Part shown: positions 42,875 to 56,277 of the stretch, piece after piece
How the letters are laid out: each line of letters opens with the position of its first letter
Position numbering within the stretch: position 1 is the first letter of the stretch
Origin: the human T2T-CHM13v2.0 reference genome, Homo sapiens
Assembly: GCF_009914755.1 (NCBI RefSeq)
Contig: NC_060929.1
Length of the DNA: 64,000 bases
Reading direction: 5' to 3' (one strand)
Made by a program: the position numbers and the translations under genes
The notes under the pieces: generated by a model
Seen by the model: only the letters and a program-made list of their open reading frames with translations
Databases searched by the model: none
What the model was told of the DNA's origin: nothing

Positions 42875-45800
42875 AAAACTGTACCTTTTAACATCAGAAG
42901 GGAAATGGAAGTTAGGCAGCCCAAACAACAGATGTATAGTCTACCATTAGTTCCTGCAGTCATCTAAATGGCCGGTAGCAGATTGGATCTTAAAGGCATT
43001 TAGGACATTCATTCAATACAAGTGCATCTTTTAACTAGCGATATATCTTATTTAAAAAAATCATCTTCATACCTACATTTGGAAAAGAATTATTATTTTT
43101 AAAAACAGCTTCATATTCATTAGCTGCTACTATACTTAAAAACTTGTTGAGGTAGATAGAAACAGAATTAACATGCCCTCTTCTGAGTTGAAAACTGGAG
43201 GTGCTGGATATTCAAGGCACTTGTCCCAGGTCACACTGATGCCTTAAAATTATAATCAGGGCTCCAGCTGAGTTTCCTTATGTATAGTTTCTGCACCTCC
43301 TGCCCCATCTAAAAAAGTCTCAGCATATATTAGGAAGCTGCATGACAGAAAGAACAGTGCTTTGGAAAGGTGAGATTCAAGTTTGGCTTCAACATCTGTG
43401 AGCTGGATGGTCTGCTTACCTGAGGCCTCCTGGCTGTCTCTCTCCCATGGATGACAAAAGAATAAGATGGCATAATAGATAAGACTTTAGAAAGTGTCAC
43501 ACAATTGTGAAATGTTATGATTTTCCTCATTCACACTCTAAATTCTCCTTATATGTGTAGGCATTTAGTGACATTATCATTGACTACTACACCATCTGCT
43601 AGTTGAGCATGTGAGCAGTATCAATGCAAGGTGTATTCTCTATGCTTATCAATATGGTTGAAATCAATGAACTCAGTGCTTCAAACCTGAATCACATTTT
43701 CTTCAATTTGTGTTGTTGCTACCTGCTAAGAATGCAGTAGTAAAGGTGTTCAATTTCCAAAGAATAATTAAGCAAGGACACTGTGTCCCATCTTTGATGA
43801 AATGCAGATTTCACATTAAAATCAGATCCTTCATTTTTAAAGGTTGAATAGAATAACACCTAAAAAAAGAATTCCAACTGGTTAAATTTAGGCTTCTGAA
43901 AAAAAAAAGTTTAATGTAAGATTATTCTTGGTACAGAAACATTTTCGCTTGGCTGTGAATTGGATACATTTGAAAATCATTTTAAGCTCTTGCTTTTGGA
44001 ATTGTGTGTGATCAGGGAGATCATCAAACAAATGTCAATAGGCATGGTAGACTCAGTAACACTGCTTCCCTCATTCTAATGAGCTATTTTATGAGAATAG
44101 GTTAAGGTAGTTTCTGCTTTGGAAAAGGGGGTCTTCTGATTGCAGGTATGTTTGCAGTGATTGGTCACAAAAGGCTGATAGTATTATTGTAGGTGTTGGC
44201 CTCCCCATTCAAGCTTGGCTCACTCCAGCGCCTGGAACAGACACTTGTCTTGCTTATTTAAAACTTATCTACCTATCCCTATGAATCTGAAGTACCATAT
44301 GGCACATGTAGCCTTTTCAAGAGACATGCCAACTGATGTCTCTGTTGCATATCTTATGCATATAATTATAATAATAGATTAGATTTAATGAACTTATTCT
44401 ATGTACCAGATACCTGGCTGATCACTATACATATTTATTTTTACCTCGTGCCATGAACATAGAAATCATTGAAGAAGATAAAGTGACTTACCTGGCCATT
44501 TTATGGCCATTTAGCACCTATAAACTTGGCCATCGCTGGCTTAGAGGAGGAAAAAAATATTTAAAAAAAAACATTTTTTCTTCAAACATAGAAATTTTTG
44601 TTTTCTTGCTGCTTTGCCAAAGAAAGAGCTCTAAACAAAAAACGAGGATAGTTCTTTCCCATCCTATCCTGTTGCGTTATCATCTCCCAGATTGGATGAA
44701 GAGGGTAAAGACTCATGCCAGCCCCTCTAATGCCTCAAACCCTGTGTGCTGTAATAGACTCAAAACAGGAAAGAAAGGAGAACAGTTCTCATCCCTGTCC
44801 CATGCCACTCCTGCCAGACAGAACTGTTGGCATATGCCCAACTGGGCAGGCGGCCCTTTTTGTGACTCTTTCCTTTGGCTACCCGCGAAACCTGGTCATG
44901 GCGTCAGCCTTGGAGGACCTTTCCCGGAGAGCCATGAAGCCACTAGGCTGCCTTCCCTGCTGTGGGCCTTGGGGCTTCAGTCATGGCTCTGTTGACAGGA
45001 GAGTAGCTGAATTATAATAATAACCTTTCCTTCCACCTCACGGGGGTGTCGTTAGCATGAGATGACATAATAGATGTAAAAGTTTTTTTGAACAGTATAA
45101 AAATATAAGTCAAAATAATAAAAGAACGAAGAGCATTATGATTACAATGATGTCAGAGTGCTCCATCCCAGGATCGTTTGAGCTGTCAATGACAGAACAA
45201 ATTCTCTCTGCAGGCCCCAGGGTTTTCACTCAAGGTTTTAGCAGATTTGTCTAAAACTAGCCACTCTCTTAGTCAGAGAAACAGAAGAATGGAAAAAGTT
45301 CAGTGAGCTGCTATTTGGGGCCAGATACTACCCCAAAGTTTCTCTCACACATATACACACACATTTGCATATCCACAGGTACGTAAGACATACACATAGG
45401 AAACATGTAAATGTTGACAGAGGGGAAAAATATAATCCAGATGTAGTGGCAACTTCTCTGCGCCTATAGATCTGGGTCAGATTATCTTAAGCCCCAACTC
45501 TGCAGCAGGCATAGCACCCCTAAGTCTTTCCAAAATTTCTGCAGTTTCCCCAGGTGTCTAGTGGTTATGCCAGCTTTTATGGTTTCTGTCCTTGGGTTTC
45601 CATTTCTTATAGGCAGCAGACTCTGCTGCATAACATGGACAACACAGAGAAGCTCAGGCTTTGATTTCAACAATCAACATAATCCGTCCCAAATATACTA
45701 GTAGATTTTGCTGGAATGAATAGGAGTTAAGTGGATGTGCAGGTGGGATTGAATTTACACAGCAACAGTGAGGTTTATGTGGCAACACTGATCAGTTCAG

Positions 45801-46404
45801 GAGGTACAATCCATGCTGAAATGTCTGTTGATCACCCCTTTCCAGGGGGTATTGAGAGCCTTTCTCCAAGCGCCTGCTCTTCTCCCTGTTCCTCCTCACT
45901 TCTCCCCACGCCCCACATTCCTAATCCCACATCCCATATCCCCATTTTAGAAGCCAATAACTGGTTTTCTTTCCCTGTCTCAAGCAGAACAACCCTCCCA
46001 ATCCCTGAGTGGTGGGTGGGGCTACTTCTGTTCCACGGATGCTCTTTCAAAAACTGAAGGAGGCTTCCCAAGTGAATCTAGACAATAAATTGTCTTTGCC
46101 TCCTTCCACAAGTGTGAAATAATTACATATTACCCAAATCCTGCAGCCCATCAGGGCTGAACACAGATTACAAAATCATATTCAATACTGTTTAACAGTA
46201 ACTTTAAATGGATCACTCACTGAAATCTTGAGGTTTAAACACAATCGTTTTGAAAATCTAGCTGAGCTCTATGTTGCTCTGTTATTCTGCTGAGAGAAGG
46301 AGGGGAGACGGGTTTATTCCTGTCAGTAAAAAAAAAAAAAAAAAAAAAAAAGATGAACTGTGTAAAAATAATGTAAGGGGAACACCCACTATTCCTGTCC
46401 CTTC

Positions 46405-46665
46405 TCAAATGTCACGTCACATTGATCCTGGTGAGCCAGGAAGTCACTTAATGCATTCTTTAAAAAGTCAGACTGTCCAGGGAAAGGACACCTTCTTTCA
46501 CTTCCAATCAGCCAACCCATCACTCCTTTCCTCCATTTGTAAGTCTGTGGAGTAACTTAAAAGGCATGAGTCATGTTCTGAAAATCAAACATGCGCATGC
46601 AGAGCATGCAAAATGAACCGCGGAGAGAGTCGGCATTAGAGACACAATGCGGCCTTTGTGAAACA
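46405..46665. promoter_or_regulatory. Candidate enhancer/promoter motif cluster
   Basis: GTCACGTCA (46411), CAGGAAGT (46437), CCAATCAG (46504), TGAGTCA (46567), ATGCGCATGC (46591), ACAATG-N4-CTTTGT (46644-46659). Confidence 0.5.
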
Positions 46666-49600
46666 TGACAACATCCCTGGGGACCGAGGCTTCTGAGTGT
46701 TGCTGAACTGAGGAGAGTAATAACAGGGTCCAGGGTTTGCCAGAGAGTGTGTCATAACATGGAGATTTTAGGAAAAGTGTGGAGTCCCTTTAATCAGCTC
46801 TGAGAGGAGCTTGCTAATAGTGCCTTTTTGTCAGTTGTTTATGTGGTGGGTGGGTCAACATCAGAACTTTACCCTTTTATTGTTATGAAAATTTGTAGAC
46901 TGTTTATCTATTTTCTTTCCCTTTTCCAAGGAAACATTTGCAAAATGTTAATTACAGAGATTCTAGCTTTACCTTTCCTGAAAGATGAATTCTGAAACAT
47001 TACTTTTACTTGGGATCACCTCTCTTAATTGGGGGACTTTAGTTTCAATGACTTTGCCTGTCACTCTGAGCAGGGTTTGTGCTCCAAAGGAATCTCTTGG
47101 GATCTACCATTTGTCTGGGAGACAGGGATATTATTTTGGGCTGTGAAGTCTGTTTGCTAAAAAAAGTGCTGGGAGGATACCAACCACACACAAATGTAGG
47201 AATTTCTACTTGTTAAGCCTTTCCGTCTGCAGGGGAGTTGTTGCATTATTTCTTACAGCTGTTGTTCAGTGAGAGCGTAGTACGTTTGAGTCTCTGATCT
47301 CATCTCCCAAAGTTTATTGTGAAACTTTCATATGAGCACCTGTGTTCCTGGATTACAAAATGACACCATTAGGCAATTCTTATTGTCGTGGATAATTGCC
47401 ATAGAAAGGGGAATAGGATAGAGGACTAGAAAAAAGAATGAAAGTAAACACTTATGGGGAATATTGTGCTTTAGAAAAAGGCATTGCAATGTAATAGCAT
47501 GATGATTTTAATCCCAGATTCATAGTGATTTAATGAAATAAGCAGCATCCATAGGCTCAAAACATATGTTTACAGAGGTAGATGGAATAGCAGATATTTC
47601 TGTTGTAGTGATTTTTTTTGTGTCCAAAGTGTATCTTCAAAAGGCATATAGTCCTTTGAGTTCTGAAAATACCAATAGTTTTCTTTTTATGCTCGTTGTG
47701 TTTAGCACTCATTGTTTTATCTTGGAAGACACTTTCTATTTCTATGTACAGCCATCATAGTAGGATTTACATTTCAGCCGGCAGCAATCCCTAAGACTAT
47801 AGAAAAGCTGGAAGGAATAAGAAGACTTCTTATTTTAGCTGTCATAGATGATGATTGGGTTCATAAAGGACTTAAGATATAATGATAGGGAAAATTCATA
47901 ACCTAATGCTTTCAAGTCAATTTCATGTTCCGCTTTTAATTAGAATCAGCCTTCTCTCTTTTTCATTTGCTATGTAACATACCTTTCCTTAATTTCTGGG
48001 GGGAAAACCCTCTCGAAACAGGGGTGAAAACTGTTGATTTAGAATCATGTCATAAAATAGAACTAAAGGAAAGGGGTGAACTGACTGCCTCAGACTGAAA
48101 CAGAGCTCTTCAGGGTTGATCCCACTGATTGTACTGTTGATGGCAGAGAGAGAGCAAGGCAAACACAAAATTGTTAATGTGGCAACTAACACAATCCTAA
48201 CCATAAATACTTGCCAAAGCCGGAATGCAGAATTTCAATGAACCCACCTAGTCTTTTATCCCACTGACATAATTTAAATCATGGGGCTGGTTTCCACACA
48301 TGACTAGAAACCCCACCTCAGTGTGGTTTTCAATATAATGTTCACCTCATCATATATTGATTTCCAAATCTTTGGTCCCTAACTTTTCTTTACAAGGCTT
48401 TGGTTTTCTCCAATTACAGAATCTTGTTTAATTTATGCATGTAATTCTCAATGTTTCTTTGAGTACAGACCTCAGAAAGTGTTAGTGAATAAAAAGATTC
48501 AGCAATTGCAGTTTAACATTGTCCTGTCCCGAGCTCTTGAATTCTACTTCCTTCAGTCTTCATTTACCCCTACACTAGGATACAGTGGCCACTTTTTCCC
48601 CATGAACTTCTTCATGTTTTTTGACTTAAAGAAAAACTCTTATTTTTGGGTATTTTTTCAAATTTGAAGAAGGAGATTAGAAGATTCTGATGTTATTCTA
48701 AATGAATGTTAAAAAAAAAAAAAAAAGCCCAGCTCTCAGAAATGAAGGTAATATAGAACTGAATAAAAACCAAAACACAGTTTGAATAAATAAAATTCAC
48801 CAGATTTTTTTCTTGGATATCAGCCTTTTTATGATTTTGGGCGCCTAGTCACTGAAAAGCTTTGTTCATTTTTTTTTTTTAAACATAGTAACATATATAG
48901 ATATTGCAGTAGCTAATTGCAATTATTCACCCTAGACAAAGACAAAAAAATGAGTTTTTGTTTTTCTAATTTCTTAGCTTGTGTGCAAAGTTGCCATTCC
49001 AGATGGGGCCCATTATGTGATGTTGTATTTCAAAGGGAAACATTTCTTAAAGTTGCTGAAAAAAATGTCTATTAAGGAAATAAGAGCTGCTGAAGCAAAG
49101 ACACGTGTTATCTATTTCGTCAATTAGTGGCAAAATTCTGGTAGTATTCCTAAAGAGCTGCAGGGGTTCTAATTGAAATATTCTAATCCTTCCTCTTCCC
49201 AACCCACCGAATACCATTGTCAGTAGGGGGAAAGAATCATAGAATTAAATTCTAGGTAAAACCATTTCTGATTTTGTAGCAATGAGAAAGGGTTGCACTA
49301 TTTTTGGTTCTTGCATCATTTATTAGAAGTTTTTCTCAGTAGGACAGCAAGCAATTATCTGAAGCAGCTGGGTTATGTGAAGGACTGATCACATGTTATA
49401 ACACACAGAGGAATTAAGGATTATGGAAAGATGAACAATGTAATTATGCTCATGGAGTGTCACTTATTAATTTTAAGGTGAGATTTGTAATAATTTCATA
49501 ATAGCTATAACAGTCGGAGCAAATGTCTGGATTTGTAAGGGTCTCCAAGGTTTAAAATTGGTTCATAAATTTAATTTTGTTAAAATGTGGTTCCAGTTGC

Positions 49601-50611
49601 TAGAAAGTTTTTGTTTCAAGGAGAATGAAATCCTGCAAGCGATGAAGGCAAAATCTAAAGCTTAAAGTTCTTGTTTTAACAACTTTTATTCATCGCAACT
49701 CCATTTCCTTCCTGGGTTAGTGTAGAGATGGATTCATAAAGGATAGCTCACAACTATCTTGTATTTCCTATGAGTAATTGTGCAAAGGTGAAAAGATGAC
49801 ATAATCACAGCAATTAACTTCTTTTCTGGCTCCACTATGGTAATTATTAAGAAACATCACTTGTGGGAAGCCCAGCAATCACCCCAAAATCAGGGCTACC
49901 TCTGCTTTTCCGAAGTACCTTCCCTAATCTGTTTAGTATAGTTTCTCTCTGTTACACTTTTAATTGCCTCTTTCACTCTCTTTATTCCAGTTTTCTTATT
50001 AACATTATTGCTAATTAGGAATCTAAAGTAGGCCGCCTTTTCAAAACAGAAATGACGACCGTTTCTTTTCCAGGTAAGTGGGTGGTATTTGCAGCAAGCA
50101 ATTAAAATGCACTTTACCCAATTAAAAAAAAAAGACTAATGATAACAATAGTTAAAAAACAACATCACAAAATGACGGTGAAAAACTTAAGTGATCTCGA
50201 AATTAAGCTATGTTAGTCAGCTGTTATGTGACCAGAAAATAATGCGTTACAGATAACACAGTTTTCTAAGCAGTGGTTGTTTGGCCATCTGACATAAAGT
50301 AAAAAATGAAAGAAAATAAAATCATAATTCTCCCAAGTCTATTATATTTTTAAATTTTTTACAGCTACTAGATAGCTATAGGGTTTTAATTTTCATTTTT
50401 GAGTATTTTTTTTTCCAAATGGAAATAGCTTTATTTTTTTTAGCCTATCAATGTAATGGGTACTCACTATTAATAATTCAAATAAAGTAAAAATTACCCC
50501 AAATCCCCAGTGAAAAACTGCTAAAATTTAGTGTCTATATTTACAGTACTTTTTATTTGACATATGAGTGTAGAAAACAGGTACAAATAAATGCAAATAT
50601 ATTTTAGTAAA

Positions 50612-51390
50612 AATTCATTTATTCAACAATATTTATGGAACACCTACTATGAACATGCAATAGAAAACCATAGTGAGCAAAACAGACATGGTCCTTTTAC
50701 CCGTGGTGCCTACCAGCCTACCACAGGATAGAGATATGAATTAAAGAATCTTAAAACTGAATATAGTATCACAAATGTGGCAACTGCTACGAAGGAGGGG
50801 CACACAGTATAAGACCTTATATTAGGGGAAAGAGACTTCATCGGGGATGTCAAGGGAGATTTTTCTGAGAAAGTTATTATACTGGGTGTGGATTTCAAGG
50901 AAGAGTCAGAGGACAGATAGTACCTAGAAAAAGATGAGGATGAGGGGAAAGAAGGGATCTAGAGCAGCTGAGCTTTCCAGGCAGACGAAGCTGCTTGATT
51001 AAAGGTTTTCTGAGAGGAGAGAGCCTGTGCATTTGAGAAAGAAAGGCTAACATCCAGAGAATACGTTTGTCACATTAGAAGACAAGCCCAGAGTGGTGGA
51101 TAGAAAGCAACACCTCAAAGAGCCTTGTGATTCTGCTGGGAACATGGTTCTCAACCTTAAGAGTAAGGGAAAGCAGTGACTGAAGGATGGAAGTAATATG
51201 TGTTTCATTAAGTTTCAGTGTGGAGGACTGATGGAGAGGGGCAAAATGCATGCAAGGGAATCCAGTTGAAGGCTATAATGGGTGAAGGGGAAGAGAGATG
51301 ATGGCAGCATGAACTAGCGTCGGGGTGGTGGAGTTGGAGATTCAAGAACATGGCAATGAATTTTATGTGAGGAATAAGAGAGGTGTCTTT
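50612..51390 (-). mobile_element. LINE-2 3' fragment
   Basis: attcatttattcaacaatatttatggaacacctactatg...gtgagcaaaacagacatggtcc. Confidence 0.75.
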
Positions 51391-51399
51391 AAAACCTTT

Positions 51400-52145
51400 T
51401 GCTTTTTTGACTATAATGCTATTTTTTTTTTCTTATTGATTCACAGGATCTATTTGTCTATTTATATATTGTGGCTGGCTATTATTCCTTTTTTTTGTTA
51501 TATGTCCCACATATTTTTTTTTGGTTTATTTTTTGTCTTTGAATTCTGTTTATGTTTTTTTTTCCATCGAGAGTTTGTTTTGCACAGTTTTGTCAATTTA
51601 TTCCTCTTTGAGATTTTTGTGTCTCCTAATAATGCTTTTATGATAATATTTATTTGGGTTTTAAAAATCTATTTGAAATCTATTTTGGGGTTTAAACTCA
51701 TATTTTCTAAATGGGTAAACAATTGTATTTATACATTTATCATTCATTACTCACTAATTTGAAATAAACTTACACACATGCAGACACACTCGCACACATG
51801 CATACATATAGCAGGTATTTGGTAAGTTATTCTAGTCCATCGTTCTGGCTGACTTTTCCTGTCTTAATTATGCACTGTTTTAATCAGGATAGCTTTATAG
51901 TATATATTCTTTACTCTTCTTGTGTGTTTTCTACAGAAATCTGGAGACCCAGCTTGTCAGCTCCGTAAAAGGAACTGTTGAGATTTTACCTGATATTGCA
52001 CTAGATTTATAGATTAATTTGGAAAGAATCGACAGTTTTTACAAAACTGGGTCTTCCTAGATAGCAAGGTGATATGTCTCTTCATCAAAGTCTTCTTTTA
52101 CGTCCTTCAGTAGAGTTTTACGATTTTATCCATATAGGTCTGAAG
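51400..52145 (-). mobile_element. Old L1M fragments
   Basis: T-rich antisense L1 ORF2-like sequence (gattgcactagatttatagattaatttggaaagaatcgaca-type). Confidence 0.55.
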
Positions 52146-54119
52146 GCAAAAGTATTTTGTTTGCTTTAAATTATCTTGCAGTTTCCTACTTCTTGACTTC
52201 AGTCAAGTGTGCATAAATAAACCCATCTTTTCTGTTGAAAATATTTAGGCTGATAATTTTGAGGTTTGTATACAGCAGATAATTAAGATATCTCCCCTCT
52301 CCAAAAGGTTTGCCATTTGTTCCAGGCAGGAGCATGTGAGGAAGGTAATTTTTTTTTCTCTTGGAATTAATGCCTTTATGGAGAATTTCAAACCAACCTC
52401 TCTTTGCAAGTAAAGGCTTGCCTTCTCTAGTACAAAGTTTAATGTGGGCAGGAAATATGTATCTATGGCTGTATATCTACATCTTTAGAGACACACTCTA
52501 TGATGATTTGGAAATATTCCAGTATACTTCCTCTGCTGATACATGTTCAAGTTCCCACTGAAAAATTACTCATTTTCACCCTTGTATGTTTATCTGCTTG
52601 CTGGTCTTTCTCTTGCCTGCTACCTCTTGGATTCATTGAAGGGTTAAGACAGTCCAGCCATAAGCCCTTAAGCAGTGACCCTAAAGTTTATCTTGTATGT
52701 TTTTGAAAGACATTCTCTTCTTTGCCGCCTCCTGCCGAGATAAAGAAGGAAGTTATTATTAGATGTTATAGTTGATAATGCACATAGAAGTATGCAAAAA
52801 AAAAATCAAAGACTTCAAACATATTTATCTGTTTAACGGATTCAGCATTCCTTGTTCAAACAGCTTTGCTTAAAATTGTTCATTCAGCCTCCAAGTTAAG
52901 CTTGTGTCTGGTAGCCACAACTTGATTTAAGTTAGAGGCACGGTGAATTCCCTGAGAGAGCTGGCAGGGACAAAACTGAGTTTTCTCAACCTTTTCATTT
53001 CCTCCCTATTTGTCCTCAGACTCTACAATTTTGCTTGCATGTGAAGCTCCATCAATGATGCTCATGTCTTCATTTCATAGCTGTAGCCTGGGCTCTGCAA
53101 TGGTGATGGCTTGCAGTTTACTATCTATTTCATTTGGGGTTAATACTTTCCTGTTATACTTATTGTTCAGCCCCACTCTCCTGCCTGGTACTGTAATACA
53201 CTGCTTTCAGTATTCTAATGGGATCGCACAAGTCTGCCATCACTAGCTTGATTTTTAACAGGAAACTAGGACAACAAGAGCCTTGAGAAAGTGAATATGA
53301 GAAATGTATGCTTCTGTCTAGGGACATTAGTGCAAAATGAAAACAACACTATCTTCTATTGCTTGCTTCTGCCACCCCATTTTCACCAGTACATAACTAG
53401 AGCCCTTCCCTGCACTATTGGCATGAACAAAGAAAAATGGCTTCAGCTATCGGGGGCTGCACTTTGAGATGTGAAATATCACTTTCCTTGTAAACATATA
53501 ATTGTCACCTGCTGGCTGCTTTCTTTCCTTCCACTCAATACTCAACTCTAAGCAAATTCTTGGTTCAAAGAGCAAACCTTGAACCAAGAATAAATAAACC
53601 TATTATTATTATTATTATTAACAAATGACATTTTAAAAGAAAAACTCAGGAAACCTAGTGGCAGATAAATATTAACAACTCCTTCATGCATTAATTGAAC
53701 TTAAGTGGATAACCAGTAAAGCTTTGTGGGAACCAGGTCCAAGTAGAGCTGGTCTTTGGGGAAGGGACTTCTGGTTCTTTCCAGACCTGGTTAATGATGC
53801 TCCAGTTAATAGTGACAAATTAATGGGACTATAAACAGGATTTGGGGGCTCCTAGGGAAGAAGAACATTTAAGTGAGAACCATAAATTTTCACTACTCTA
53901 AAGAAAGAAAGTACAGAAAGCCAGATATGATTTCTACTTTACCAGTGAGATAATGTCAGGTATCTGGTTTCTAGCTTTCTTTGCTGAGTCTCTCTTATGT
54001 TTCTCCACTGCAGTTAGCCAGTTGCTCTTGCTGACACCCCTTTCTTTACCCTGGGTCTTTGCTAATATAGTTCCCTGCCCTCAGATGCCTTCTCCTCCCA
54101 TCCTGTATTGACAAGGATA

Positions 54120-54650
54120 GACATTTAGTTATTTCCAAAATTCTATTCTCTTCTTTCATAATAATAGACTTTGGGGTTGGCACATGGTTGCTGACCAAGA
54201 AACTACATTTCCCAAGCTCCTTTGAAGCTAAGATTTTGGATATAAATTAGATTCCACCAATAGAAGTTCTCTGAAGAGATTTAGAAGAAGAAAGACAGGG
54301 GCTTCTTTTGTATTCTGGCTATCTTCACTGGCCAACAAGATTGTGGGTTTCATGTGTCAGCTGCCAGTCTTCCTGATTGTCAAGGGGCAGTCCAGAAGCA
54401 GTGGTGGTGGTAGTCACATGTTGATCTGGTCTCTAATTCCTGAAAAAAGCACCTCATGTCCATTCTCTGACCTCCAGCTGCAGCAGGGACCTCAGACTAG
54501 ACTGCTGTGGTTCTAGTTGTGGCTCTGAGTTGGCAGCTCCTCTACTAGGCTGGTTCTGGGTTGTTCTGAGAGTCATTCCATGACTCTCACCATTTCAGTG
54601 GCTTTGTTTTGTTTCCTGAAATGGCCCTATAGCAAATAACATTAGTTATA
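54120..54650. mobile_element. Ancient ERVL-type LTR relic (subfamily unresolved)
   Basis: actacatttcccaagctcctttgaagcta motif shared by old LTR33/41/50- and MLT1-type LTRs. Confidence 0.35.
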
Positions 54651-54824
54651 TGCACCTTCATAGAATTTGAGGGCAGGAACATATTCACTGTTCTGAATAA
54701 AGCTGGCATATAATAGGCCCTCTCACAGGGAATGAACAGATTCCATATGGCAGGCATTGTGCAGGGCACTTCACCTACATCCTTTCCTTGAATCACGCCA
54801 ACAACCCTAGGAGGTAGGCATCAC

Positions 54825-56277
54825 TGATGGCAGTGGTAGCTGGTCTGGAGAGGCCGCTGGCATGACACTGGCTGCAGTGGGGAGGTGTGCCTGGGGCAGT
54901 GTGCTCCATGGAGCAAGCAGGAGCCTGAGACAGGCAAAAGCCCCTCTTTCTTCCAAGTTGGAGGGGTGGGAGCCCCGCCCTTCTAGGTGCAGCTGGAGCC
55001 ACTCAGCCCTGGCTGCAGACCTGGGCATTTCTGCACTCTTGGGGGCCTGAGAAGTCTCCCTGTCCTCATAGGCTCGGAAATGCCTTCTCTTGCTGACTGG
55101 CCTGTCCCGCTGCCTGTCCTGTCCCTGGTCTGGGTGCCTGTTCCAATTTCAGAGCAAAGTTGTGATTGAGCTCGGGTGCTGTCACTATCCGGCCAGGTAT
55201 GTACACACTTGGGACAGCCCTGACATACCAAGCCCCTGTTGCCTCAGCACCCTCCAGACTTTGGACACCAACAAACACTGGAGGGAGGCTTGGGAGAGGG
55301 ACTAAGGGCAGCTTGGCATGGGTCCGTAGGCACCTCTTGGTGCAAATAGCCTGGGCATTGTGGGCACTGTAGACAGCAGGTTAATGGCAGCAGAAGGCAG
55401 ACAGGCTTCTGGGCAGAAAGCAGTGGGTTCCAAGTGAAACCCCTGCTTCAGGCCAGGCATGGCCTGAGGCCTGGGGGCTGGGCTGCCAGTTCCACAGACT
55501 AGAGTGAGAACTTACAGTGCTTTTTCCAGACCTGCCTATGGCCACCCACAAACCAATCAATATTCACTTTCTCTCCTCTGAAGACCATAAAAACCCCAGA
55601 CTCAGCCAGACTCAGGCAAACAATGGGACAGCCTGCCTGAAGAGAGGAGCTACCCACTGTGGTGTCCTCTGAGCTGTTCTGTCACTCAATAAAGCACCTC
55701 TTCACCTTGCTCACCCTCCACTTGTCTGCATACCTCATTCTTCCTGGACATGGGACAAGAACTTGGAACCTGCTGAATGGCAGGGCTGAAAGAACTGTAA
55801 CACGAACAGGGATAAAACATGCCCCTTGCTTGCCATGTTGCAGGCAACAAGAAGGAGAGAAGAAGAGAAGAGCTGCAGCCCTTCAGGGAGTCCAGACCCA
55901 GGAGCTCCCTGAGCCATGGCTGTGGCACCCTCTTAGGGGACCTGCGGTTCGTGGTGTCTCCAAGCTTCTAGGCACCACTGTGCTTCCTGGTGCCAGCCAT
56001 GGAAGTTGTTTGTGATATGCCTGTTCCAGCCACACCCTCACAGGGAGCTGGCGCCCACACTGGACCCCACACTTGCTTGCTCACACACCCACCGCTGCTC
56101 TATGCCTGGCTTGCCTTTGGCAAGTGTGGGAACCAAGTTGGTAGCATGAGCTGAGTGCAGCCTGCCAGGCCAAGTGGGCAGAACAAGCCCCATGGGCCCA
56201 AGCAAAACTCAGGCAAAGGTGCCACCTGCCACAGAGAGTTTTGGCCAGGAAAGCAACACCCGAAGGATCCTGTGACA
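54825..56277 (+). mobile_element. MER52 solo LTR (ERV1), inserted in a MIR
   Basis: TGATGGCAGTGG...CTGGAG start; end GGATCCTGTGACA; AATAAA at ~55688; perfect 4-bp TSD TCAC; MIR halves on both flanks. Confidence 0.88.

Noticed and set aside
44453-44995. 180-aa ATG-initiated ORF
   Set aside because: No recognisable domain, AT-rich first half, no supporting splice or poly(A) structure; consistent with chance
51325-51762. 145-aa hydrophobic 'membrane protein' ORF
   Set aside because: The Phe/Ile/Leu bias is an artefact of T-rich antisense L1 sequence
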